This document shows, in pieces, positions 51,001 through 57,897 of a stretch of 64,000 bases of DNA. Each line of letters begins with the position of its first letter. The first letter of the stretch is position 1. A model generated the notes under the pieces. That model made no database searches. It saw only the letters and a program-made list of their open reading frames with translations, and had not been told where the DNA came from. Position numbers and translations under genes: made by a program. This DNA is from Dehalococcoidia bacterium (GTDB lineage: Bacteria > Chloroflexota > Dehalococcoidia > Plut-88900), in NCBI GenBank assembly GCA_965197645.1, contig OZ240219.1:2912001-2976000 (forward strand), given 5' to 3'.

Positions 51001-54000
51001 ACGGCGGACGAAACCTCCGACACGGGCGAGAGCGTCAATATCAGCTTCGGGACCAGCCTGCCGTCCCGGGTGACCGAGGGAACCCCGAATGAGGCTACGG
51101 TGACCATCAAGCAGGTGTCCACGCAGTTCAGCCTGGACTGCACCGGGACCGCAGCGGCGTGGTGCGCCGACGTGGGGTTCTCCGACCAGACCGCCGAGAA
51201 CTGGGGCCGGGCCAATCTGCGGTACGGCCGGGGTTTGGACCCGGTGGCCAGCCTGAGCAATGACGTATTTCGGTTCCGGGGCGTGGACTACACCGTCTTG
51301 AGCATGGAATTGCGGCCGGGAACCCACCCGATCATGCCAAATGCATGGAGCAGGTGGCAGCAGGGCTACTCGAGTTTCCGCATAGTCATCAACTGGGGCC
51401 CCAGCTTGCGGGGGGATCCGGTGGAGGAGCACTACCGGGACTGGGTCCTGCACCTGGACGGGCTGGAACTCCCGTTCAAGGACGCCTTTGTGTATAGGAA
51501 CAACTTCACGTGGGTGGGGGCGGAGTTCCAGCAGATCTTCAACGACTGGACCCCATCGACGGTGACCAAGGTAGGCATCGAAGAGGTGGCGGTGGCAGAT
51601 CAGGACACCAATCCGCTGCTGCCATGGGCGCCGATGCAGGTGGATGCAACGCCCGAAGGACCCAACGGGCTCCGGATAGATTGGGCCAAGCCGGCTTGGT
51701 ACACTCCCGGGCTAAACCTTCCCGGACTGCCAGAGCCAACCAAATATATCGTCCAGTGGAAGCTGGCGCCGGTAGGCTGGGGTGATAGCGCCGACGTGTC
51801 GCAGCGGGAGATGGCAGCCGGCTCCAATTCCCACTCGTTGACCGTGGATGGTCTGACCGAAGACGCGCTCTACTCGGTGCGCGTCATCGCCGGAAACGAT
51901 GCCGGCGACGGGCCGCCCTCCGAGGAAACGCTGGGCCGCCCGCAGGACGGCGTCATAGCGCTGCTTGCCAAGACGGTGAATGGGCGGACGCTGACGCTGC
52001 GCTTCAGCGAGCGGCTGGATCCGAACGCAGTCCCGGCGGAGACCGACTTCGTGGTCATCGCCGATGGCGGACTGATCGCGGTCGATTCCGTGGCGATCAG
52101 CGGCGATGCGGTCACCCTCACCCTGGACCGGGCCGTAACGGCCGCCAACTCCGTCCTGGCGCGCTACGACAAGCCCACCGATCCGTCGGCAGTGTTCCTG
52201 CGTGACACCGGCGGCGACCACGTGCAGATTCGCCAGCATTTTGAGTTGTTGCGCGCCGTCAACGCGACACCCCAATCGTCGGTGCAGCCGCTGACCGCGC
52301 AATTCGCCAACATGCCGAGCTCTCACGACGGAGCGACCCGTTTCACCTTCGAGATCGAATTCAGCGAGCCGGTCTGGGTGGGCATTGGGCTCCCCAGGGA
52401 CGACATGCTGGAAGTCACGGGGGGCACGGTCATCAGCGCGCCCTGGAAGGACCGGCGCACGGACAAGGTGACCGTCCATGTCCAGCCTGACACCACGGGC
52501 GACATCGTCATTGTCCTGGCCGGCAACCGGGTCTGCGCAGGGATAATCGGCTCCGGCGACCTACCCGATGACCCGGTCGCGGGCGCTCCATGCGCCATCG
52601 GGAACCGTATGCTGACCAACGATTCCACCATGACGATTCCGGGCCCTTCGTCATCAGGCCAGCAAGTTGTGGAGAACACCCCGGCCGAAGGCGAGCCGCG
52701 CATCGATGGAGTCCCGGAGGTGGGGCAGACGCTGTCGGCCGACACCACGGGCATTGTGGACGTCGACGGCCTGGATGACGTTGTCTTCCGATACCAGTGG
52801 CTGGCCGACGGCGCGGTGATCGCCAGCGCCACCGGCGCCACCTACACCGTAGTGTCCGGAGACGTGGGCAAGGCCATCAGGGTGCGGGTCGCCTTCACCG
52901 ATGACGGGGGCAACGAGGAGACGCTGACCAGCGCGCCAACCGTGGTGACGGCGGCGGGCCTGCAGCTCCAGTCGGCCACAGTGGATGGTGTCACCCTGAT
53001 GCTGACCTATAGCGAGGTCCTGGACAACGGGGTCACGCTGGGGACGACTCTCTTCGCCGTGAACGTGAACGGGTCACCCCGGTCGCTCTCCGGCGTCGCG
53101 GTTGGCGGATCCAACGTGCTATTGCTTCTGTCCTCGGCGGTGGAGGCCGGGGACACGGTGACGGTGGACTACACCGCGCCCAACGGCCCCGATTTCATCC
53201 GGGACACCCTCGGCAGGAAGGCGGCCTCCTTCAGCGGGCAGGCGGTGACGAACGACACCGCCGTTTCAGGAGGCGGGAGGTCGGACCCGGCGGAAGCGCC
53301 CGGCGCCCCGGACAGCCTGGAGGTGGTCCGGTATGAGAGCGGCAAGCTGAGGGCCTCCTGGGACGCCCCCGATTCAGACCCCGCTCCCACCGGGTACACC
53401 GTCCAGTGGAAGGAGTCCGCGGACTCCTGGGCGGACTTGGACGACGTCTCCGAGGCCAATGTGAAGGAGACCTCCCACGTCATCACGGGGCTGACCGACG
53501 GCGTGGAGTACGCCGTCCGGGTCATGGCGCGCAAGGGCGACGCCGAAAGCACCCCCTCCGGGGAGGTCGCGGCCACGCCCCAGGAGACGGAGCCGCCCGC
53601 GCCATCGTCGGCCTCGGTGGACGGGGCCACCCTCACCATCATCTTCGACGAGCCTCTGGACCCTGGCGAGACGCCGGCCAAGTCCGCCTTCGCGGTGACC
53701 GCGAGAGACGTCGGCTGGGGCGTGGAAACCGTTGCGGTGTCGGGAAGCGGGGTGACCATCACCCTTGCGGCGGCGGTGTGCGCCGGCGACGCGGTATCGG
53801 TGGGTTACACGGCCCCTGCGGACGCGTCGGCGGTCCGGCTGCAGGACCTGGCGGGCAACGCCGCGGCATCCTTTAGCGAGTGGCAGGTGACCAACAACAC
53901 CGGGGCGGCGGGCCAACTGACTGCGTGCGCCCGCGGCGTGCCGGCATCCCACGACGGGAGTGCCTCATTCACCTTCGAGCTGCGTTTCAGCGAGGAGTTC

Positions 54001-54249
54001 TCCATCAGCTACAGGACCCTGCGGGACCACGCCTTCACGGTGACCGGGGGCGAGGTGGTCAGGGCAAAGCGGCTTGAGAGGGGCAAGAACGTCAGGTGGG
54101 AGATCAGCGTCAGACCGGACGGAAACGGCGCCGTAACCATAACGCTGCCTGTCACGACGGACTGCGAGGACGAGGGTGCCATCTGCACCGGGGACGCCAG
54201 GATGCTGTCCAACCGGGTGGAACTGACCGTCGGCGGTCCAGACGGATAG
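45010..54249 (+). CDS. Giant secreted modular surface protein (signal peptide, ~13 Calx-beta-like repeats, FN3 and SwmB-like domains)
   Basis: 3079 aa; signal ending AHA-Q; D-rich ~113-aa repeats; FN3 (W..P..Y.VQW, Y.VRV.A); three SATVDG.TL.L.FSE.LD-type SwmB-like units. Confidence 0.88.
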   Translation: MTKLVPLLAIMALLMGLPSVAHAQATTPTVSSAAITSNPGTDNTYATGNTVTVSLTFSEAVTITGTPHVVVDIGGQPRNFKYSGDGSSAAAQPFSYTVLVGDKDADGVSLQANSLTLNGGTVQATDDSTNATLTHPAMTFANHKVDTQVTLLSNLGQADASDTITVSATESAKIEIVVAQDKAFDINAITLDVRTPSETLNVTVRLFGGDFADYTYTGSVTAAGLQTFTLSGPPGVSFGNVGWADFGQIYRYQMIVSGSGAGSVELVGTTGTGTDAGGVSGLSIRAVRGETSNPQMRLSGHEGAIPNLMYGDVLSSPPDGTAYAAGDRIAFLFVFSRPVDFPQGITVPFWLGNGAEDRREASLIENLSGYYEDLFFSYTVQPGDTDSDGIFLGADPLGDNAGIDFHTEETAAVPAYLRLAANQLAASQSVNGSGSRTCEEVFCSTVLVGEERVGLEAAIGFSISVNANALPFVPLGASSALSFGYGGEEYVVRELVFLDQAIAALDLRFQNGLPSSHYDRLTLSVDGTLFLLSEASSSSVAVRFQWSDPVLPWAAGDEIDVKLIETATATFDAASYAKTEGDTFEVTVTLGDPFANTLTLPIEVAENGGADATDYTGIPENLVFAPGETVKTFTVTIEDDDFNDDDESLTLSFGEESHIRSGGANETATITITDTDGPQVSVSFGAGTYTVPEGGTQSVTVSLSADPERTVEIRLTHMPQGGAGSTDYSGVPANLTFNAGETEKSFIFTSAQDMEDDDDESVLLGFGTPLPPGVTAGTTSQTTVSITDDDVPQVTVMFLESAYNVPEGGTQSVTVSLSADPERTVEIRLTHMPQGGAGSTDYSGVPANLTFNAGETEKSFIFTSAQDMEDDDDESVLLGFGTLPSMVSAGTPATTTVSITDNDFPEVTVMFGADAYTVPEGGTQSVAVTLSADPERTVVIPLTTMPQGGAGSTDYSGVPANLTFNTGDTEQTITFSATHDTEDDDDESVLLGFGANLPPGVTAGTTSQTTVSITDDDVPQVTVMFLESAYNVPEGGTQSVTVSLSADPERTVEIRLTHMPQGGAGSTDYSGVPANLTFNAGETEKSFIFTSAQDMEDDDDESVLLGFGTLPSMVSAGTPATTTVSITDNDFPEVTVMFGADAYTVLEGGTQSVAVTLSADPERTVVIPLTTMPQGGAGSTDYSGVPANLTFNAGETEKSFVFTSAQDTEDDDDESVLLGFGANLPIRITQGVTNEATVSITDDDDPQVSVSFGAGTYTVPEGGTQSVTVSLSADPERTVEIRLTHMPQGGAGSTDYSGVPANLTFNAGETEKSFIFTSAQDMEDDDDESVLLGFGTPLPPGVTAGTTSQTTVSITDDDVPQVTVMFLESAYNVPEGGTQSVTVSLSADPERTVEIPLTHMPQGGAGSTDYSGVPANLTFNAGETEKSFIFTSAQDMEDDDDESVLLGFGTLPSMVSAGTPATTTVSITDNDFPEVTVMFGADAYTVPEGGTQSVAVTLSADPERTVVIPLTTMPQGGAGSTDYTVPLSVTFNTGDTEQTITFSATHDTEDDDDESVLLGFGANLPIRITQGVANEATVSITDDDDPQVTVSFGAGTYTVPEGGTQLVTVNLSADPERTVVIPLTTMPQGGAGSTDYSVPLSVTFNTGEMSKTITFNATHDTEDDDDESVLLGFGANLPSRVIQGAPNEATVRITDDDDPEVTVMFAQMAYTVPEGGTQSVTVNLSADPERTVVIPLTTMNQGGVDATDYSVPTSVTFNSGQMSKTIMFSATHDTVDDDDESVKMAIGTPLPSRVTQGAPNEATVTITDDDDPFVEVQFAQNSYTVPEGGTQAVTVTLSADPERTVDIPLVATAQGGADITDYSVPLGVIFNSGELSKTITFSATHDTVDDDNESVRLAIGAILPARVSRGATNETTVSITDDDDPHVTVMFAQAGYRVVEGETVAVRVTLSADPERTVTIPLVATGQVGATTDDYSGVPEDLTINAGETSKTFEFMATADETSDTGESVNISFGTSLPSRVTEGTPNEATVTIKQVSTQFSLDCTGTAAAWCADVGFSDQTAENWGRANLRYGRGLDPVASLSNDVFRFRGVDYTVLSMELRPGTHPIMPNAWSRWQQGYSSFRIVINWGPSLRGDPVEEHYRDWVLHLDGLELPFKDAFVYRNNFTWVGAEFQQIFNDWTPSTVTKVGIEEVAVADQDTNPLLPWAPMQVDATPEGPNGLRIDWAKPAWYTPGLNLPGLPEPTKYIVQWKLAPVGWGDSADVSQREMAAGSNSHSLTVDGLTEDALYSVRVIAGNDAGDGPPSEETLGRPQDGVIALLAKTVNGRTLTLRFSERLDPNAVPAETDFVVIADGGLIAVDSVAISGDAVTLTLDRAVTAANSVLARYDKPTDPSAVFLRDTGGDHVQIRQHFELLRAVNATPQSSVQPLTAQFANMPSSHDGATRFTFEIEFSEPVWVGIGLPRDDMLEVTGGTVISAPWKDRRTDKVTVHVQPDTTGDIVIVLAGNRVCAGIIGSGDLPDDPVAGAPCAIGNRMLTNDSTMTIPGPSSSGQQVVENTPAEGEPRIDGVPEVGQTLSADTTGIVDVDGLDDVVFRYQWLADGAVIASATGATYTVVSGDVGKAIRVRVAFTDDGGNEETLTSAPTVVTAAGLQLQSATVDGVTLMLTYSEVLDNGVTLGTTLFAVNVNGSPRSLSGVAVGGSNVLLLLSSAVEAGDTVTVDYTAPNGPDFIRDTLGRKAASFSGQAVTNDTAVSGGGRSDPAEAPGAPDSLEVVRYESGKLRASWDAPDSDPAPTGYTVQWKESADSWADLDDVSEANVKETSHVITGLTDGVEYAVRVMARKGDAESTPSGEVAATPQETEPPAPSSASVDGATLTIIFDEPLDPGETPAKSAFAVTARDVGWGVETVAVSGSGVTITLAAAVCAGDAVSVGYTAPADASAVRLQDLAGNAAASFSEWQVTNNTGAAGQLTACARGVPASHDGSASFTFELRFSEEFSISYRTLRDHAFTVTGGEVVRAKRLERGKNVRWEISVRPDGNGAVTITLPVTTDCEDEGAICTGDARMLSNRVELTVGGPDG
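47041..50100 (+). repeat. Near-identical ~340-bp intragenic tandem repeats
   Basis: Higher-order periods of 681 bp (47383 vs 48064) and 1704 bp (47041 vs 48745). Confidence 0.93.
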
Positions 54250-54557
54250 GCCGGGTGGGTGGAGAGCGCTGGGCCTTCCAGGCAACAAGAAAACAGGATA
54301 CATGGATGAATCGGTGAGGCAAGCGTCCCACCGGCAACCGTAACGCCCTAGGGCCGAGGCGAACAGGAAAGGGGACGCTTGCACGCGGATTGGAGAGAGT
54401 CACCAGGGCGGCGGCCTCCCCCAAGGCTGCGGGTTGGACCGACTGCGGGCGCTTGCGTTCCGCACGCCGTCCCGCCTGGGGTTTCCGTCCTGCGGAAGGA
54501 CCGGACATCCCCGTAGGAGGGAGCTTGCAGCCGTCTTCCGGAAGGACCGCCGATTCC

Positions 54558-54842
54558 ATGCCTCGACAACGCATCCACCACAGCAGAGTGACCTACCAGG
54601 TCCCCCACGACTTCCCGGAGCGGCTGGAGCGATTCAAGGAGGAGTCGGGCCTGTCGTGGTCGGAGATCGCCCGTCGTCTCGACGTCCATCACGAGACGCT
54701 GCGGCGCTGGAGGAAGGGTCGCGCTCGCCCCACCACCGCTTACGGTAGATACCGCCATCTTCGAGATGTCGCTCGGCAGCCTGTCGGCGCACCAAGGACT
54801 CGCGATTCCTGTAGTGTGACGTGTAGGGACGGTGGAACGTAG
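54558..54842 (+). pseudogene. 3'-truncated XRE HTH gene (MPRQRIHH family)
   Basis: Matches the 61815 gene up to GRARP (~54730), then unrelated sequence. Confidence 0.7.
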
Positions 54843-54864
54843 GGAGCGTCTCGCCATTGGGGCT

Positions 54865-57261
54865 TCACTCTCTCTGCGTCTCCCCCTTGGGCATCCGGTA
54901 GCCGACGCGAGGCTCGGTGAAGATGTAGGTGGGATTGTCGGCGTCGTCGCCCAGCTTGCGGCGGAGGCTGCTAACGATGGTCCTCATGGCGCGAACGTCG
55001 CTGTCGGTCTTCTCCCCCCACACCCGTTGCAGCAGATGCTCGTAGGTCAACACCCGTCCTCCGTTCGCCGAAAGCTCGGCGAGCAGCCGGTACTCGATGG
55101 CCATCAGCTGGAGCGGACGGCCTGCGAGCGTCGCCCGGCGTTCGCCGTAGTTGACCACAAGGCCGCCCATCACATACGGCTCTGACGACTCGGCCGCCGC
55201 CCGCTTCCGCAGGGCCGCCCTGATCCTCGCCGCAAGCTCAGTTGGAGAGAAGGGCTTGGCGACGTAATCCACGGCCCCCATGTCCAAGGCCCTGGCAACA
55301 AGCTGGTCCTGTCCATAGGCGGACAGGAAGATCACCGGCACGTCCACCGTCTCCAGGATGTCCCTCATCAACTCGATCCCGTCGGCGCCCGGCAGCATCA
55401 TGTCGAGCAGGACAAGATCGGGCTTCTCGTCTGCCACGAGGCGGAGCGCCTCTCCCGGGTCACCAGTCACCAGCGGCGCATAGCCCGCCCTGTTGAGTGC
55501 GTCGCCGACGTACCTGAGCGCCTGGGGGTCGTCGTCCACCGCGAGGACGCGCACCGGTTGACCCGCCTCCCCCACCGCTCGCCGTGAGGAGCGGACCGAG
55601 CGCGGGGTGGGGATGCTCGCCGTGCCGCTACCGGACTCTTCGACAGACGGAAGCGTGAAGGTGAACCGCGCTCCCATGCCCGGCCCCTCGCTCTCGGCCC
55701 ATATCCGGCCCCCGTGCGCCTCCACTATCCCCTTGCAGATGGCGAGACCCAGGCCCGACCCGAGGACACCGCTTCCGCGTTCGTCGCCCTCGATCCGGGT
55801 GAACTTCCGAAACAGGAAGGGCAGCTGCTCGGAGGGTATGCCCCTGCCCTCGTCGGCCACCGAGACCGCAACGTAAACGCCCTCCCGCACGGCGGTCACC
55901 GTGATGACGGACGACTCCGAGGAGTGCCGGGCGGCGTTGGACAGGAGGTTGCCCAGGACCTGCACGATGCGCAGCCGGTCCGCCATGACCAGGGGCAGGT
56001 CGGGTCCGATCTCGATGGCCAGGTTGTTCCTTCCCCCGGCACTGATGAAGGCGCTCCTTGCCCGGTCCACCAGCGCCGCCACCTCCGCAGGCTCCGGGGC
56101 GACCGGCAGCGTGCCCGTCTCGATGCGCGCCACGTCCAATAGGTCGGCCACCAGGTCGTGCATGTGGTCGGCCTGCTCCTCGATGATGCGGAAGAACTGC
56201 CGGACCACTGCGGGATCCATGTCGGTGGACGAACCCAGCACCGTTGCCGCGGAGCCCTTGATGGAGGTCAGCGGCCCCCGCAGCTCGTGGCTCACCATCC
56301 CCAGGAACTCGGCGCGCAGCCGCTCAAGCTCCTCCAGGGCCGTCATGTCCTGGAGGGTGACGACCACCGACTCCAGCTCTCCCTCCGCCGAGAGGATGGG
56401 CGTGGCGTTGATGATGGTGGTGACGCTCCGCCCGTCGGGGACCTGCATCACGATCTCCTCGGCCCGCACCGTCTCCCCCGTGCTCAGCGCCTGCGCTATC
56501 GGGAACTCTTGCAGCGAAATCTCCCGCCCGTCGGCTCGCCGGTAGGTCAGCGTCTGAAGCAGCTCCTCCGCCGACTGGTCGGGGTTGCGCAGGCCGTCGA
56601 CGATCCTCCTCCCCTCGCGGTTGAGCGACGACGGGGCTCCGGTCTTCGCATCGAAGACCACCACGCCCACGGGACAGGTGTTGACGAGGGTCTCCAGGTC
56701 GGCCCTGGCCCGCTGCTCCTCCCTGTGCCTGCGGGCGTTGGTAATGGCCATCGCCGCCTGGGACGCGAACATCAGCAGCGTGTCCTCGTCCTCCTGGGTG
56801 AACTCAAGGCCGCCCTCCTTGTCCGATAGATAGAGGTTGCCGATGTGTCGCCCCCTGTGACGGATGGGCGCGCCCAAAAAGCCTTGCACCGGCCCCAGGG
56901 GAGGGCCGATCTCCGGCAGGCCCGCCGCCGTCGTGTAGGCGGAGAAGTCCGCCAGCCTGAGCGGTTCCGGAATCATGCTCAGGTAGGCGAAGAACTCCGG
57001 TCCCCCCGGCAGGTCCACGAACCGCTGGCGCTCTTCGGCGGTCATGCCGGAGGTGATGAATGACGTCAGCTCCCCTGCCTCGTCGAGGGCGGTAAGGCCG
57101 CTGATCCTCGCGCCGGTGAGGGAGCGAGCTGCGTCCACCACCTCTTGCAGGACGGTATCGAGGTCGAGGTCCTCGGTGATGCGGACGCCCGCCTCACTCA
57201 GTCCGGAGAGGCGGTTCCGCAGGGTTTCTATCTCCCGTTTCAGGCTGTCTGCTGGCTCCAA
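54865..57261 (-). CDS. Soluble hybrid sensor-regulator GAF-PAS-HisKA-HATPase-REC-OmpR wHTH
   Basis: VSHELRGPL, NLLSNA, GSGLGL, VDDDP, DMMLP, KPF, YIFTEPRVGYR; no TM segment. Confidence 0.92.
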   Translation of the reverse strand: MEPADSLKREIETLRNRLSGLSEAGVRITEDLDLDTVLQEVVDAARSLTGARISGLTALDEAGELTSFITSGMTAEERQRFVDLPGGPEFFAYLSMIPEPLRLADFSAYTTAAGLPEIGPPLGPVQGFLGAPIRHRGRHIGNLYLSDKEGGLEFTQEDEDTLLMFASQAAMAITNARRHREEQRARADLETLVNTCPVGVVVFDAKTGAPSSLNREGRRIVDGLRNPDQSAEELLQTLTYRRADGREISLQEFPIAQALSTGETVRAEEIVMQVPDGRSVTTIINATPILSAEGELESVVVTLQDMTALEELERLRAEFLGMVSHELRGPLTSIKGSAATVLGSSTDMDPAVVRQFFRIIEEQADHMHDLVADLLDVARIETGTLPVAPEPAEVAALVDRARSAFISAGGRNNLAIEIGPDLPLVMADRLRIVQVLGNLLSNAARHSSESSVITVTAVREGVYVAVSVADEGRGIPSEQLPFLFRKFTRIEGDERGSGVLGSGLGLAICKGIVEAHGGRIWAESEGPGMGARFTFTLPSVEESGSGTASIPTPRSVRSSRRAVGEAGQPVRVLAVDDDPQALRYVGDALNRAGYAPLVTGDPGEALRLVADEKPDLVLLDMMLPGADGIELMRDILETVDVPVIFLSAYGQDQLVARALDMGAVDYVAKPFSPTELAARIRAALRKRAAAESSEPYVMGGLVVNYGERRATLAGRPLQLMAIEYRLLAELSANGGRVLTYEHLLQRVWGEKTDSDVRAMRTIVSSLRRKLGDDADNPTYIFTEPRVGYRMPKGETQRE

Positions 57262-57348
57262 TGCGCCACCTCGCTTGTGCTCCCAAGCCCGCGTCTACGA
57301 ACCGGCTGGAATTGGGACAACTGGGGCAATTCTAGCATTTTGGGCCAA

Positions 57349-57414
57349 AGTTGATAAGACATTACGGAAAACACGTCGAAAGTTGATAGCGAGTTGATAC
57401 GCGTGCGGTATAGT
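57349..57414 (+). promoter_or_regulatory. AGTTGATA direct repeats and TATAGT -10 (OmpR/PhoB-type box)
   Basis: Copies at 57349, 57381 and 57392 (last two 11 bp apart); TATAGT at 57409-57414. Confidence 0.65.
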
Positions 57415-57450
57415 GGGGTATGACTTTGCCCGATTGAGGGAGATATTCAC

Positions 57451-57897
57451 TTGGCGTTCGACAGGCCGATACCTGCAACAGAGACAGCGGGCGCACCGGC
57501 GGCGTTAGCCGCCGTGCCGACCGCGCTTGAGGCCGTCTTCGCCCGCTGCGTGTTCGCACAAATGTTCCCCCCCCCCCCCCGATTTTCGTCGCCAGCCCGT
57601 AACCGGGCCTCTCTACTTCGCTTCAATCCCCCTCGTCTCCGCCGCGTCGCCGCACGCCCGGAGCACAAGCCGCTTTCGCACGGCGCACCCAGCGCCCCTG
57701 GGGAATGGGCAGGTCCCTTGCCGACCGACTTCGCCCGTCCGCCGTCTCTCATACCAACCGCCGCCCTCAACGCCCCACTAGGCGCGCGCCCGTGGGTACC
57801 CAACCTTGCGTATCGACGCAGGCTCACGCCAGCGGCCCCGTTGGACGGAGGCCCGGCGACGGCCATGCGCAACACACACCAGGAGGATAAACGATGA
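57451..57897 (+). CDS. Putative leader ORF spanning a C14 tract; its stop overlaps the adhesin ATG (ATGA)
   Basis: GAGGGAG SD at 57436-57442 and TTG start; low-complexity product. Confidence 0.4.
   Translation: MAFDRPIPATETAGAPAALAAVPTALEAVFARCVFAQMFPPPPRFSSPARNRASLLRFNPPRLRRVAARPEHKPLSHGAPSAPGEWAGPLPTDFARPPSLIPTAALNAPLGARPWVPNLAYRRRLTPAAPLDGGPATAMRNTHQEDKR
57567..57580. repeat. Poly-C(14) simple sequence repeat
   Basis: Only long homopolymer seen in the window; lies in the 5' leader of the second surface-protein gene. Confidence 0.9.

Noticed and set aside
48820-51453. 877-aa minus-strand ORF and other long antisense ORFs (e.g. 47116-48183, 16867-18195, 2213-3580, 28075-29166)
   Set aside because: Shadow frames of high-GC genes with recognisable products on the opposite strand; no motifs of their own.
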